Positions 38,935 through 47,273 of a stretch of 64,000 bases of DNA are shown here, in pieces; within the stretch, counting starts at the first letter, position 1; the number at the start of each line of letters is the position of its first letter. The position numbers were made by a program, and so were the translations under genes. The DNA is from an uncultured Nannocystaceae bacterium. Its GTDB lineage: Bacteria > Myxococcota_A > Bradymonadia > UBA7976 > UBA1532. The DNA lies in the NCBI GenBank assembly GCA_964402225.1, contig CAYOBQ010000008.1:4293-68292 (forward strand), written 5' to 3'. The notes below the pieces were generated by a model. The model searched no databases. It was not told the origin of the DNA and saw only the letters and a program-made list of their open reading frames with translations.

Positions 38935-40221
38935 ATGGCCATCGACAGACGGCGCTTCATTCGGCACTCGCTCGGCGCGGGTGTGGTGCTCTTCGTGGGT
39001 TGCGATCTCGAGGACGACCCGAGCGGGCTGGGCATCGTGCCCCTGGATGGCGAGCTGCCGCCGCCGGATGGCGCTGCCCTCGGCGGCGGCGACGGCGCGC
39101 TGCCCGATCTGGGCGTCGAGCCCGACATGGCGCCGCCCATCGTCTGCGACGACGCCTTCGCCGGCGGTGAGCTCCAGTCGGTGCTCGGCTTCGCGAGCGG
39201 CGACCGCCCGCCCTTCCACCGGCGGCTCGGCCAGGGGTGGGACGGCCGGCTCTACTTCGACCTCTCGCAGCTCGAGTTCAACGACCTCCTCACGGAGAAC
39301 GACCAGTTCTTCGTACGCACGCTCTACCCCGACACCCTGGACCCCGAGACGACGGAGTGGAGCCTCCGGATCAACGGCCTGGTCGATGCGCCGGTGGAGT
39401 TCGACGCCTCCGAGATCATCGACGCAGCCGAGCCCAAGGGCGGCATCGTGCTCGAGTGCTCGGGCAACGGCGACTTCTCGCAGTTCGGGCTGCTGAGCGC
39501 CGCCGAGTGGGACGGGGTATCGCTTCTCGACGTCATCGAGGCGCGCACCAACATCTCGCCGGCGGCGGTGGCGGTGAAGGTGAGCGGCTACGACGACCAC
39601 TCGATCCCGTCCCGCGGCGGTCACTCGACCCCCGGGGCGGCGTGGATCTACACCTTCGACGAGCTCCGCGAGTTCGACGGATTCCTGGCCACGCATATGA
39701 ACGGCGTCCCGGTGCCGCCCGACCACGGGCGCCCCGTGCGGATGTACATGCCCGGCTGGTACGGCTGCGCATGCATCAAGTGGGTCAACGAGATCACGCT
39801 CGTCGACGCCGAGGAAGAGGCGACCTCCCAGATGCGCGAGTTCGCCAGCCGCACGCACCAGCGCGGCGTCCCGCGTTTGGCCCGCGACTACCTGCCCGCG
39901 TCGATGGATCAGGCGGCGATGCCGATCCGCATCGAGCACTGGCGCGTCGATGGCGAGGACCTGTTCCGGGTGGTGGGCATCCTGTGGGGTGGTTATGCTC
40001 CCACCAACGAGTTGGAGGTGCGCTTCGACTCCGACGAGGACTGGCAGCCGGTCGATGTCTGCCCGCCCATGACCCACAACCAACCGTGGAGCCTGTGGGA
40101 GCACGTGTGGCGACCGCAGGGCACGGGCACCTACACGATACGATGTCGCATCAACAACCCCTTCGTCCCCCAGAGGCGCCTGGACTTCGGCTTCTACGAT
40201 CGCAGCGTGCGCCTGGCCTGA
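38935..40221 (+). CDS. Tat-exported molybdopterin-dependent oxidoreductase (sulfite oxidase/YedY superfamily)
   Basis: MAIDRRRFIRHSLGAGVVLFVGC (twin-arginine motif plus Cys). PGWYGCACIKWVNEI (Mo-ligand Cys region). C-terminal dimerisation-like domain. Confidence 0.8.
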   Translation: MAIDRRRFIRHSLGAGVVLFVGCDLEDDPSGLGIVPLDGELPPPDGAALGGGDGALPDLGVEPDMAPPIVCDDAFAGGELQSVLGFASGDRPPFHRRLGQGWDGRLYFDLSQLEFNDLLTENDQFFVRTLYPDTLDPETTEWSLRINGLVDAPVEFDASEIIDAAEPKGGIVLECSGNGDFSQFGLLSAAEWDGVSLLDVIEARTNISPAAVAVKVSGYDDHSIPSRGGHSTPGAAWIYTFDELREFDGFLATHMNGVPVPPDHGRPVRMYMPGWYGCACIKWVNEITLVDAEEEATSQMREFASRTHQRGVPRLARDYLPASMDQAAMPIRIEHWRVDGEDLFRVVGILWGGYAPTNELEVRFDSDEDWQPVDVCPPMTHNQPWSLWEHVWRPQGTGTYTIRCRINNPFVPQRRLDFGFYDRSVRLA

Positions 40222-40679
40222 TCCTCGCGGCGGTGCTCACGGCGAGCCTCGCCCACGCCCGCAAGCCCCACCCCGTCCACGTGCTGCTCGACCAGGTCCA
40301 CGAGGCCGCCTCCAAGGCCGACTTCGACGGCTACTTCGATCTCTTCACCCCCTCCGCCCTGTTCGTCGGGACCGACGCGGGAGAGGTCTGGAGCATCGGC
40401 GAGTTCAAGGACTACACACGCCCGGTCTTCGCCAAGGGCAAGGGCTGGACCTACCACCCCGAAGCGGCCACCCGTCGCGTCCGCCCCCTCGGCGGGGGCA
40501 GCTTCCGGTTCTACGAGACGCTCAGACACGAGAGGTACGGCGTGCTGCGCGGCAGCGGCGTCGTGGTGACGCACGAGGGCAGGCTGCGGGTCGACCAATA
40601 CGTCCTCAGCTTCGCGATCCCGAACGAGAAGACGCCTGCGGTGTTGAAGGCGATGCGCCAACAGGCTACTTCCCGCTGA
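40143..40679 (+). CDS. NTF2-like/SnoaL-like (DUF4440-type) small secreted protein
   Basis: The real part of ORF 39237..40679 begins after the Mo-enzyme. MSHQQPLRPPEAPGLRLLRSQRAPGLILAAVLTASLAHA is a signal-like region overlapping the upstream gene by 79 nt. Then DFDGYFDLFTPSALFVGTDAGEVW...LRGSGVVVTHEGRLRVDQYVLSF, typical of the NTF2 fold. Start uncertain. Confidence 0.45.
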   Translation: MSHQQPLRPPEAPGLRLLRSQRAPGLILAAVLTASLAHARKPHPVHVLLDQVHEAASKADFDGYFDLFTPSALFVGTDAGEVWSIGEFKDYTRPVFAKGKGWTYHPEAATRRVRPLGGGSFRFYETLRHERYGVLRGSGVVVTHEGRLRVDQYVLSFAIPNEKTPAVLKAMRQQATSR

Positions 40680-41710
40680 TGGCGAAGAAGCGGACATCGA
40701 AGAAGAAGCCCATCCTGGTCACCGGCGCGAGCGGGTTCCTCGGCCTGCACCTGACGCGCGTCCTGCGCGAGGCCGGCCACCCGGTGCGCAGCCTCGGGCG
40801 ATCGCGCTCCGAGCGACTGGCGGCCCTCGAAGTGGACCAGCGGCTCGGATCCGTGACCGATCCCGAGGCCGTGGCCGCCGCCGTCGATGGCGTCGCCGCG
40901 ATCTATCACTGCGCGGGCTGGGTGAGTCGCGACAAGGGCGAGCGCGGCGCGATGTACCGGGTCCACATCGACGGCACGCGCGCGGTGCTCCAAGCCGCCC
41001 TCGACGCAGGCATCGACGATGTCCTCGTGGTCAGCACCAGCGGCACCGTCGGCGTCTCCGACCACCCCGACTTCGTCGCCGACGAGGACTCGCCCATCGC
41101 CTGGGCTCTCGTACGCGAGTGGCCCTACTACGAGTCGAAGGCCTACGCCGAGCGCGAGGTCGCGGCCTTCGTCGAGCGCGGCCTGCCGGTGAAGATGGCG
41201 CGCCCCACGCTGCTGCTCGGCCCCGGCGACTACAACGGCAGCAGCACCGGCGACGTCGTGAAGTACCTCTGCGGCGACATCAAGGCCTCGCTCCCCGGCG
41301 GGATGAGCGCGGTGGACGTGCGCGACGTCGCAGACGCGCTCCCGAAGATCCTCGCCGAAGGTGAGCCCGGCGTCGGCTACCTGCTCGGCTCCGTCAACTG
41401 CACGGTCCGGGAGTTCATGGTCCTGCTCGAGCAGGCCAGCGGCGTGCGCGCCCCGGCGATGTCCCTCCCCCGCCCCATCGTCGATCGCGCCGGCGGCCTC
41501 CTCAAAGCCGTCAGCCGCCTCAAGCCCTTCGGCGGCCTCGAGCCCCAGACCTTCGAGATGGGCTGCCACCACTGGTACCTCGACTCCACCCGCGCAACCC
41601 GCCTCGGCTTCGCCCCACGACCCATCCAAGACACGCTGCGCGACACGGTGGAAGACCTGCGGGGCCATCGCTCCGCCGCCGCCGCCGCCCACCGCGAGTG
41701 CGCAACGTAA
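40679..41710 (+). CDS. NAD-dependent epimerase/dehydratase (extended SDR) family protein
   Basis: ILVTGASGFLGLHL Rossmann motif. YYESKAYAE (YxxxK). ATG overlaps the upstream stop (TGATG). Confidence 0.85.
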   Translation: MAKKRTSKKKPILVTGASGFLGLHLTRVLREAGHPVRSLGRSRSERLAALEVDQRLGSVTDPEAVAAAVDGVAAIYHCAGWVSRDKGERGAMYRVHIDGTRAVLQAALDAGIDDVLVVSTSGTVGVSDHPDFVADEDSPIAWALVREWPYYESKAYAEREVAAFVERGLPVKMARPTLLLGPGDYNGSSTGDVVKYLCGDIKASLPGGMSAVDVRDVADALPKILAEGEPGVGYLLGSVNCTVREFMVLLEQASGVRAPAMSLPRPIVDRAGGLLKAVSRLKPFGGLEPQTFEMGCHHWYLDSTRATRLGFAPRPIQDTLRDTVEDLRGHRSAAAAAHRECAT

Positions 41711-41762
41711 CGCTTTCCCAGCCGCGGTGTTCAGACCTTGGACACCACAGGGAGGTAGACCG

Positions 41763-42362
41763 TTGATCCATCAAGAAACAAGCTCGCTCTCGTTGACGGC
41801 GCTCGCGCTGGCGCTGGCCGCAAACGCGGCCCTCGCAGCGCCGCTCGCCGTCGACGATGTCGCCCCGCGGCTCTTCCTCGAGGATCAGCCGCAACCCATC
41901 CTCATCTTCGGGACCGGGTTCACGCAGGAGACCGACGTGGTCATCGACGGGTTCCTCGTGACGACGACCACCTTCGTGACGGAGAACGTGCTGGCCGCCG
42001 ACGTGCCGGGCACGTTCTTCGACGACGTGGGGCCCATCCAGCTCGAGGTCGTGGACGGGCTCGACGCCATCTTGTACCCGGGGGACCTCGAGGTGCAGCC
42101 GCCGGAGCCCCAGCGCGGCGGCGTCGCTGGGCAGATCGAGCAGCAGTGCCAAGAGCTCCTCGACTGCTCCCGCGCAGCCCTCGACCGCCATCGCCAACAG
42201 AGCTTCGAGGACATCATCACGGCGCCGGACAACGTCGACATCAGGCAGGCGACGAAGCGTCTGAAACGGGAGTCGAAGAAGCTCCGGCGAGCCTGCGAGA
42301 AGGCGGTGCGCAAGACGTATCGCAACTTGAGCCGGCTCGCTCAGAGGCGACCGCCGGGCTGA
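41763..42362 (+). CDS. Secreted hypothetical protein with basic C-terminal tail
   Basis: TTG start 7 nt after GGGAGG. (M)IHQETSSLSLTALALALAANAALA signal. Ig/TIG-like beta-rich core. KRLKRESKKLRRACEKAVRK tail. The upstream portion of ORF 41361.. is an artefact. Confidence 0.45.
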   Translation: MIHQETSSLSLTALALALAANAALAAPLAVDDVAPRLFLEDQPQPILIFGTGFTQETDVVIDGFLVTTTTFVTENVLAADVPGTFFDDVGPIQLEVVDGLDAILYPGDLEVQPPEPQRGGVAGQIEQQCQELLDCSRAALDRHRQQSFEDIITAPDNVDIRQATKRLKRESKKLRRACEKAVRKTYRNLSRLAQRRPPG

Positions 42363-42388
42363 TCAGATCTCCTCGTGGAGGCGGAGGG

Positions 42389-43906
42389 TCAGCTCCGGCG
42401 GACGGCGCGCATGTCGGGGAGGCGGCTCCCGGACGTGTCGATGCCCATCGCCTGGACGATGCCCGCGTAGACGTCGGGCTCCCACAGCGTGCTGCCGGGC
42501 TCCGGTGCCCCGCTGCTCCGGTCGAAGCCGTAGGTCTCCCCGGTGTCGGCGTCGACGCCCCCCAGCACGGTGTTGCCCTTCACCATCGGCGAGACGAGGA
42601 GCGAGCCGTTGTTGATGTGATGCCCCGTGCCGAACTCATCGGCGTCTGCGGGGCGCGTCTTGGTGCGGCCGAAGTCGGTGGCGAAGTAGAGGAGGCTGCG
42701 ATCCCAGAAGCTCTCGCCGTCGGCGTACTCGGCCTCTTTCAACAAGCCGATCAGCCGGTCGGCGACGTTGAGGATCCAGGACCACATCAGGGCCTGGCCG
42801 CTGCGGTGCGCCGTGTGCGAGTAGTCGAAGGCGAGGGGGGGCGTACTCAGACCGCCTGCGTCGACCTGCGGCGTAATGTTCGGCCCGAGGGTGACGGCGA
42901 CGGTGACGCGGTTCTTGATCAACAGGTACGCCAGCGCCGCCTGGGCCTCGAGGGGATCGGTCTCGTAGTTGGGGAAGACCTGCCGCACGCGGGCGGCGTC
43001 GGGGGCCGCGTCGAGGCCGAACTCCTCGAGGGGCATCTGAGGCGAGCTCGCCAGGAAGGTGAGCTGCTTGATGAGGCCCGCCTGCTCCATCGCCGGCATC
43101 TGCTCGGAGCGCTGGCGCTTCCAACGCTTCAGCGCGGAGCTCTGGGCAAACGTCTGGTTGAAGACGGACTGCTCGTCCAGCTCGCCATCGCGCCAGCGCC
43201 GCGCCATCGATATCGCGGAGCGAGGCGGTGCGCCGGCCACGCCCTTCGAGCCGTCGAGCCCGAGGGACCAGATGGGCGCCTGCAGCACCGGCTCGGCCCG
43301 CGCCCGTCCTGGCAGATCGGGGTCGATGCCAGGGGCGATGTACCCGCCGGAGCCCATGTTCACGTTGGGCACCGGCACCCGCGCCCCGTAGGTCGCCGCC
43401 ACCATCTCCTGGAGGGTTCGACCGTTCCAGGCGTCGTTGCCCGTCAGCGCCCGCTTCTGCGCCACGAGGTGATTCACGCTGGTCACCGAGTGGCACAGCA
43501 CGCACATGTCCCGCGCGTGGCGGCGAACGAAGTCCGACTGGTTGGCCACCCCGGTGTACGGCAGCGGGCCCAGATCGTCGAGGCGCCGGTCGATGGCCCG
43601 GAACGGGGTGCCCTCGATGCCCTGCACCATGGCGTCCGGGTAGGTGTTCACGGTCGCTGCGTTTCGGCTCTCGGACTCGCGGATGGCCAGCATCGCGTCG
43701 ATGAGCGACGCCCCCCCCGTGCCGGTGAGCACGATGAGGAAGCGCTCACCCAACTCCTGGGCACGGGCGCGTCCCGGCAGCAACGGCGCGAGCCCCGCGG
43801 CCGCCAGCCCCGCAAGCGCCTGGCGCCGATTGATGATGACACTGCTCCTCTTCCGCTCAGTCGCCGCTTGGCTCATGGGTGGCTCGTCAGTCGCCGCTTG
43901 GCTCAT
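42389..43906 (-). CDS. DUF1501 family protein (sulfatase/alkaline-phosphatase-like fold), Tat signal
   Basis: INRRQALAGLAAAGLAPLLPGRARA Tat-type signal. FATDFGRT...GTGHHINNG matches the DUF1501 signature. The N-terminus is duplicated (MSQAATDEPP/MSQAATERKRSS) by a 30-bp tandem repeat. Confidence 0.8.
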   Translation of the reverse strand: MSQAATDEPPMSQAATERKRSSVIINRRQALAGLAAAGLAPLLPGRARAQELGERFLIVLTGTGGASLIDAMLAIRESESRNAATVNTYPDAMVQGIEGTPFRAIDRRLDDLGPLPYTGVANQSDFVRRHARDMCVLCHSVTSVNHLVAQKRALTGNDAWNGRTLQEMVAATYGARVPVPNVNMGSGGYIAPGIDPDLPGRARAEPVLQAPIWSLGLDGSKGVAGAPPRSAISMARRWRDGELDEQSVFNQTFAQSSALKRWKRQRSEQMPAMEQAGLIKQLTFLASSPQMPLEEFGLDAAPDAARVRQVFPNYETDPLEAQAALAYLLIKNRVTVAVTLGPNITPQVDAGGLSTPPLAFDYSHTAHRSGQALMWSWILNVADRLIGLLKEAEYADGESFWDRSLLYFATDFGRTKTRPADADEFGTGHHINNGSLLVSPMVKGNTVLGGVDADTGETYGFDRSSGAPEPGSTLWEPDVYAGIVQAMGIDTSGSRLPDMRAVRRS

Positions 43907-43920
43907 GGGTGGCTCCTCAG
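43861..43920. repeat. 30-bp tandem direct duplication (1 mismatch) spanning the DUF1501 start codon region
   Basis: tcgccgcttggctcatgggtggctcgtcag / tcgccgcttggctcatgggtggctcctcag. Creates two in-frame ATG starts. Confidence 0.85.
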
Positions 43921-44576
43921 TAAAACAGCGACTCGACGCTGGTGAGTACGGCCATGCAGGCCACCTGGGCCCACGCGAAGGCCGGCGGCCCGTCGAGCTC
44001 CGCGGCCTCGATCTCCCGGTAGAGCTCTCGCAGACCCGAGAGCTCCCGCTCCGAGGGCGTCCGCAACAGCGCGCGGGTGAACAACGTCGTCAGGGCGGCG
44101 GTGGCCTGATCACCTTCGACGTCGATCCGGCCTTCCATCACCGGGATGCGGCCCCAGATGAGCGAGGCGTCGGGGTCCTCCAGATCGAGGGTGATGCGGC
44201 GCGTGCAGCCGGCTGTGGCGATGCGCTCGACCACCATCGGGGCGGAAACCGAGGTCTCGGGAAACGGGGAGTAGATACCCGTCGCGTAGGCGTCGACGCC
44301 CCCCAACGTGACCTTGTGGATCTCCCCGGCGCAATCGATCTGCCCCAGCTCCTGGCAGAGCTCGTCGGGGGGTAGGTCGAGGGCGCGGGCGAAGTCCAGA
44401 CGGAGCCGGTCCGCCCGCTTGAACCGCAGGTTCGCTCGGGTCGAAGCGTACCGAGTCTCGGGTGGCGCGGCGTCGGCTCGCGTGCCCGAGTCGGCCCTCG
44501 ACGCGAGCTCCGGCGGCGCCCCCTCCTCACAGCCCGCGACCCACACCGCGGCGATCAAGATCGTCTCAAGGCGCAC
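43917..44576 (-). CDS. Hypothetical lipoprotein (219 aa), middle gene of the DUF1501 operon
   Basis: MRLETILIAAVWVAGCEEG lipobox. Non-repetitive. Overlaps both flanking genes by about 11 nt. Confidence 0.5.
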   Translation of the reverse strand: MRLETILIAAVWVAGCEEGAPPELASRADSGTRADAAPPETRYASTRANLRFKRADRLRLDFARALDLPPDELCQELGQIDCAGEIHKVTLGGVDAYATGIYSPFPETSVSAPMVVERIATAGCTRRITLDLEDPDASLIWGRIPVMEGRIDVEGDQATAALTTLFTRALLRTPSERELSGLRELYREIEAAELDGPPAFAWAQVACMAVLTSVESLFY

Positions 44577-45966
44577 CGTAGGCCTCCATGCGAATCAAAG
44601 CGTGAAGCATGCGCTCGACGCGGTAGTTGTGGACCGAGGGGAAGTCCGCCACCAGGGCCTCGAACGCCTCCATCTCATCGGTCGTGGGGTCATGGCCGAC
44701 CAGGACGCGCCAGTAGTCCTTCACGGTGGCGCGCGCGAAGTGCTCGCTGTCGGCGGCGACGCGCGCCCACTCGACCAGGTTCGCCACCGGCTCGCCGAAG
44801 ATGTGGCCCGCCTCGGGCACCTCCCGGATGCGCGAGCCCGCCGCCTCGTCGTAGCGCCGCATGCGCCGGTCATCGTAGACGCCGGTGTCGCGGCCGGTGA
44901 TGCCGTGGTAGCGCGAGAACGGGTAAGTGAGCGGATCCAGCGTGCGGTGACAGACGGCGCACGCCTCGTCGAGGATGCCCTTGTCGTCGTAGTCCACCAG
45001 CTCCTGCGCCTCGTCGGGCTCAATCAGCCCCTCGCTGCGCGCGATCTCGAAGCCCAGGTAGCTGCGGTAGGCTTGGGCCGCGGCGGCGCGCGGCACCGGG
45101 GTGAACATCGTGTTGAGCACGAAGAACCAGCGGGACGTGATCATCCCCGCCCGGCGATCGAGCACGGCGTTTTGCCCCATACGCTCGGGCACCCGGGTGT
45201 AGCCCACCAGCGAGTCCGCCACGACGAAGTAGTCCGCCGTCAGGACATCCCGTGCGTCGCGGTCGTCGGTCTGGGTGTAGACGAAGAGCGCGTAGTCGTC
45301 GTCGTAGTCGGCGAGGGGAATGTAGCCCGGGTCGCGCCCCGACTTGATGACCGCGAGGGGCTTCACCTTGGGGTGGGCGAGCTGCCACAGCACGCCATCG
45401 CGTCCCTGCCAGAACGGCGTGTCGAGGCATCGGTCGAGGGCATCGGCGAGGGCGTCGGCCTGGGCCTCCGACTTCAACGCTCGGAAGCCCTCCAGGGCGG
45501 CGTAGTCCGGGGAATGACCGCACACGTCGAGGTGCAGCTTCTTGAAGGCATGGGCGGCGTCGTATCCGCAGACGTTCCACACGGGGTTGGCGCTCTCACA
45601 GCCCGAGACCGGACGCCCGCCGGGCGTATCGGCGGCGTTGCCCGGGTTGGCGCCAGCGGTCATCTCGGCCCGATTGGGGACCCCATCACCGTCGCTGTCG
45701 ATGTCGGCGAGCGACGCCAGGACCTCCGGCAGCCCCGCCTCGAAGTCAGCCTGGGAGAGGGGCCGGGCTGCCCCCGGCAAGAGGGCGTCGGCGATGTCGG
45801 CGCCGAAGGCGTTGTGCGCCGGCGGCTGCGTGTGACAGGTCGTGCAGTCCGGCTTGCCGTCGGCGCACTCCGCGGCGTCCGGCCAGCGTTCACAAACAAT
45901 CCCCGGACCGGGTGGGAGGGCCCACGCCGGGCCGACCACGAGCAACATGAACAAACGCCGCACCAT
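44566..45966 (-). CDS. Secreted cytochrome-c-like protein with two CXXCH motifs; DUF1501-associated partner (PSCyt/DUF1800-like family member)
   Basis: MVRRLFMLLVVGPAWALP signal. CTTCH near the N-terminus. CAVCH at about aa 340. DIDSDGDGVPNRAEM dockerin-like/TSP3 motif. Found upstream of and co-directional with DUF1501. Confidence 0.6.
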   Translation of the reverse strand: MVRRLFMLLVVGPAWALPPGPGIVCERWPDAAECADGKPDCTTCHTQPPAHNAFGADIADALLPGAARPLSQADFEAGLPEVLASLADIDSDGDGVPNRAEMTAGANPGNAADTPGGRPVSGCESANPVWNVCGYDAAHAFKKLHLDVCGHSPDYAALEGFRALKSEAQADALADALDRCLDTPFWQGRDGVLWQLAHPKVKPLAVIKSGRDPGYIPLADYDDDYALFVYTQTDDRDARDVLTADYFVVADSLVGYTRVPERMGQNAVLDRRAGMITSRWFFVLNTMFTPVPRAAAAQAYRSYLGFEIARSEGLIEPDEAQELVDYDDKGILDEACAVCHRTLDPLTYPFSRYHGITGRDTGVYDDRRMRRYDEAAGSRIREVPEAGHIFGEPVANLVEWARVAADSEHFARATVKDYWRVLVGHDPTTDEMEAFEALVADFPSVHNYRVERMLHALIRMEAYGAP

Positions 45967-45983
45967 CAGCCTCCTTCAGCGTT

Positions 45984-46033
45984 CGCTGTGATCCAAACCG
46001 CTGTGATCCACAGCGCTGTGATCTAAAACACAG
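45984..46033. promoter_or_regulatory. Three tandem 15-bp direct repeats (CGCTGTGATCC-N4) immediately upstream of the cytochrome/DUF1501 operon start, followed by an AT-rich island (ttttcaaattttcaaa)
   Basis: cgctgtgatccaaac / cgctgtgatccacag / cgctgtgatctaaaacacag at 45984..46033. ttttcaaa x2 at 46066..46081. Strikingly low GC for this genome. Confidence 0.45.
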
Positions 46034-46037
46034 TACA

Positions 46038-46070
46038 CGCCCGTAGGTTGCGGGCGCGACGCGGCTTTTT
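46038..46070. terminator. GC hairpin (cgcccg-taggttg-cgggcg) followed by a T5 run; possible terminator or regulatory hairpin between the lipoprotein gene and the DUF1501 operon
   Basis: 6-bp GC stem with 7-nt loop at 46038..46056. T5 at 46066..46070. Orientation relative to the flanking minus-strand genes is ambiguous. Confidence 0.25.
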
Positions 46071-46085
46071 CAAATTTTCAAATCC

Positions 46086-47195
46086 TCAGAAGTTCGCGAC
46101 CGTCGGGGCGCAGGTCGACACGCCCGCGCCGACGATGCGGTGACCGGTGCGCTCGAGCACCACCTCCACCTCTCCGTCGGCGGGATTGAAGCGCAGGACG
46201 CGCTCGTTCTCGGTCTCGCCGGCGCGCGTCGTGATGAAGATGTAGTAGCGACCGCCCCAGTGGGCGAAGGCCCACGCGCTCGGCTCACCGGCGAAGGCCG
46301 GGAGTGACCACGAGCGGGCCGCGGATCCGTCGGACTTGTCGAGCCGGACGACCCGGGTGTCGCCGCCCGGGAAGTAGCCGAAGAGCTCGCCGTTCGCGTT
46401 CCCCGTGAGCTCTGCGCCGAAGTCCGTGGCCGGGAGGGGCCCGACAGGGGACAGCGCCAGCGTCCCGGGATCGATGGCGCCGAGGGTGCCCCGGCGCAGC
46501 TCGCCGACGGCGCCTCCGGCCACGTAGAGGGTCTCGCGCCGCGAGCCCGGCGCGTCGCTGACGAAGCCCATCCCGAAGAGTTCGAAGCCCCCCTGCCCCG
46601 GCTCGAACCCGCTCGGCGTACAGCGCGCGTCGGTGGTGTCGACCCAGAAGACCTCGCCGCTGGTGAACAAGACCCAGGCGCGTCCGCCTCGGTCGACGGA
46701 CATCGAGAACGGCCGCGCCTCCCGTTGCCCCCAGCGGGGCCAGGCGTCTCCGGCCGGACACCGGAGCCGCCCGATGCCGCGGAAGGTGTCCGTGCGCGGA
46801 TCGAAGCTCAACAGGTCGGATTCAGTGTCGACCACGTAGACGAGATCCGTGCCCGCGGCGCAGTCGTCGACACAGCGCGACGCCTCGCAGCCACCGGCGC
46901 ACCGCTCGATGGGCTCGCCGACCCCCTCCACGGTGCACGCGTGGAGCACGTCGTCCACGCAGACCTGCCCGGCCGGTGGGCACGCGGTGCAGCCGACGCC
47001 GGGATCGCAGGTCTCGGTGGGCGCGCACATCTCCACGGTCTGCAGACGCCCGTCGGTGCACCACAGGAACGCCCGCCCATCGCAGAGAGTGAGCCCCTCC
47101 ACGCAGTCGTTCGCCAGATCGATCGGGGTGACCTCGTCTCGATCACCGGCCGTGCAACCGAGGGCCAGCACGACGCCAAACGCGCGACACCCCAT
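46086..47195 (-). CDS. Cys-rich lipoprotein with beta-propeller-like C-terminal region (hypothetical)
   Basis: ATG at 47195 preceded by GGAGGAGG. MGCRAFGVVLALGCTAG lipobox. Cys-rich block CVEGLTLCDGRAFLWCTDGRLQTVEMCAPTETCDPGVGCTACPPAGQVC. The upstream 298 codons of ORF 46086..48089 are antisense of the S1 protease gene. Confidence 0.65.
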   Translation of the reverse strand: MGCRAFGVVLALGCTAGDRDEVTPIDLANDCVEGLTLCDGRAFLWCTDGRLQTVEMCAPTETCDPGVGCTACPPAGQVCVDDVLHACTVEGVGEPIERCAGGCEASRCVDDCAAGTDLVYVVDTESDLLSFDPRTDTFRGIGRLRCPAGDAWPRWGQREARPFSMSVDRGGRAWVLFTSGEVFWVDTTDARCTPSGFEPGQGGFELFGMGFVSDAPGSRRETLYVAGGAVGELRRGTLGAIDPGTLALSPVGPLPATDFGAELTGNANGELFGYFPGGDTRVVRLDKSDGSAARSWSLPAFAGEPSAWAFAHWGGRYYIFITTRAGETENERVLRFNPADGEVEVVLERTGHRIVGAGVSTCAPTVANF

Positions 47196-47273
47196 CTTTT
47201 TCCTCCTCCACGTTGCCACGCGGGAAGCACCGAGTGTCTCAACCGGCTGAAACCAATTGAAAGGGAAGTCCCC

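Noticed and set aside
44308-46026. 572-aa + ORF across the cytochrome-like gene and the regulatory island
   Set aside because: No motifs, low-complexity antisense. It would read through the AT-rich repeat region.
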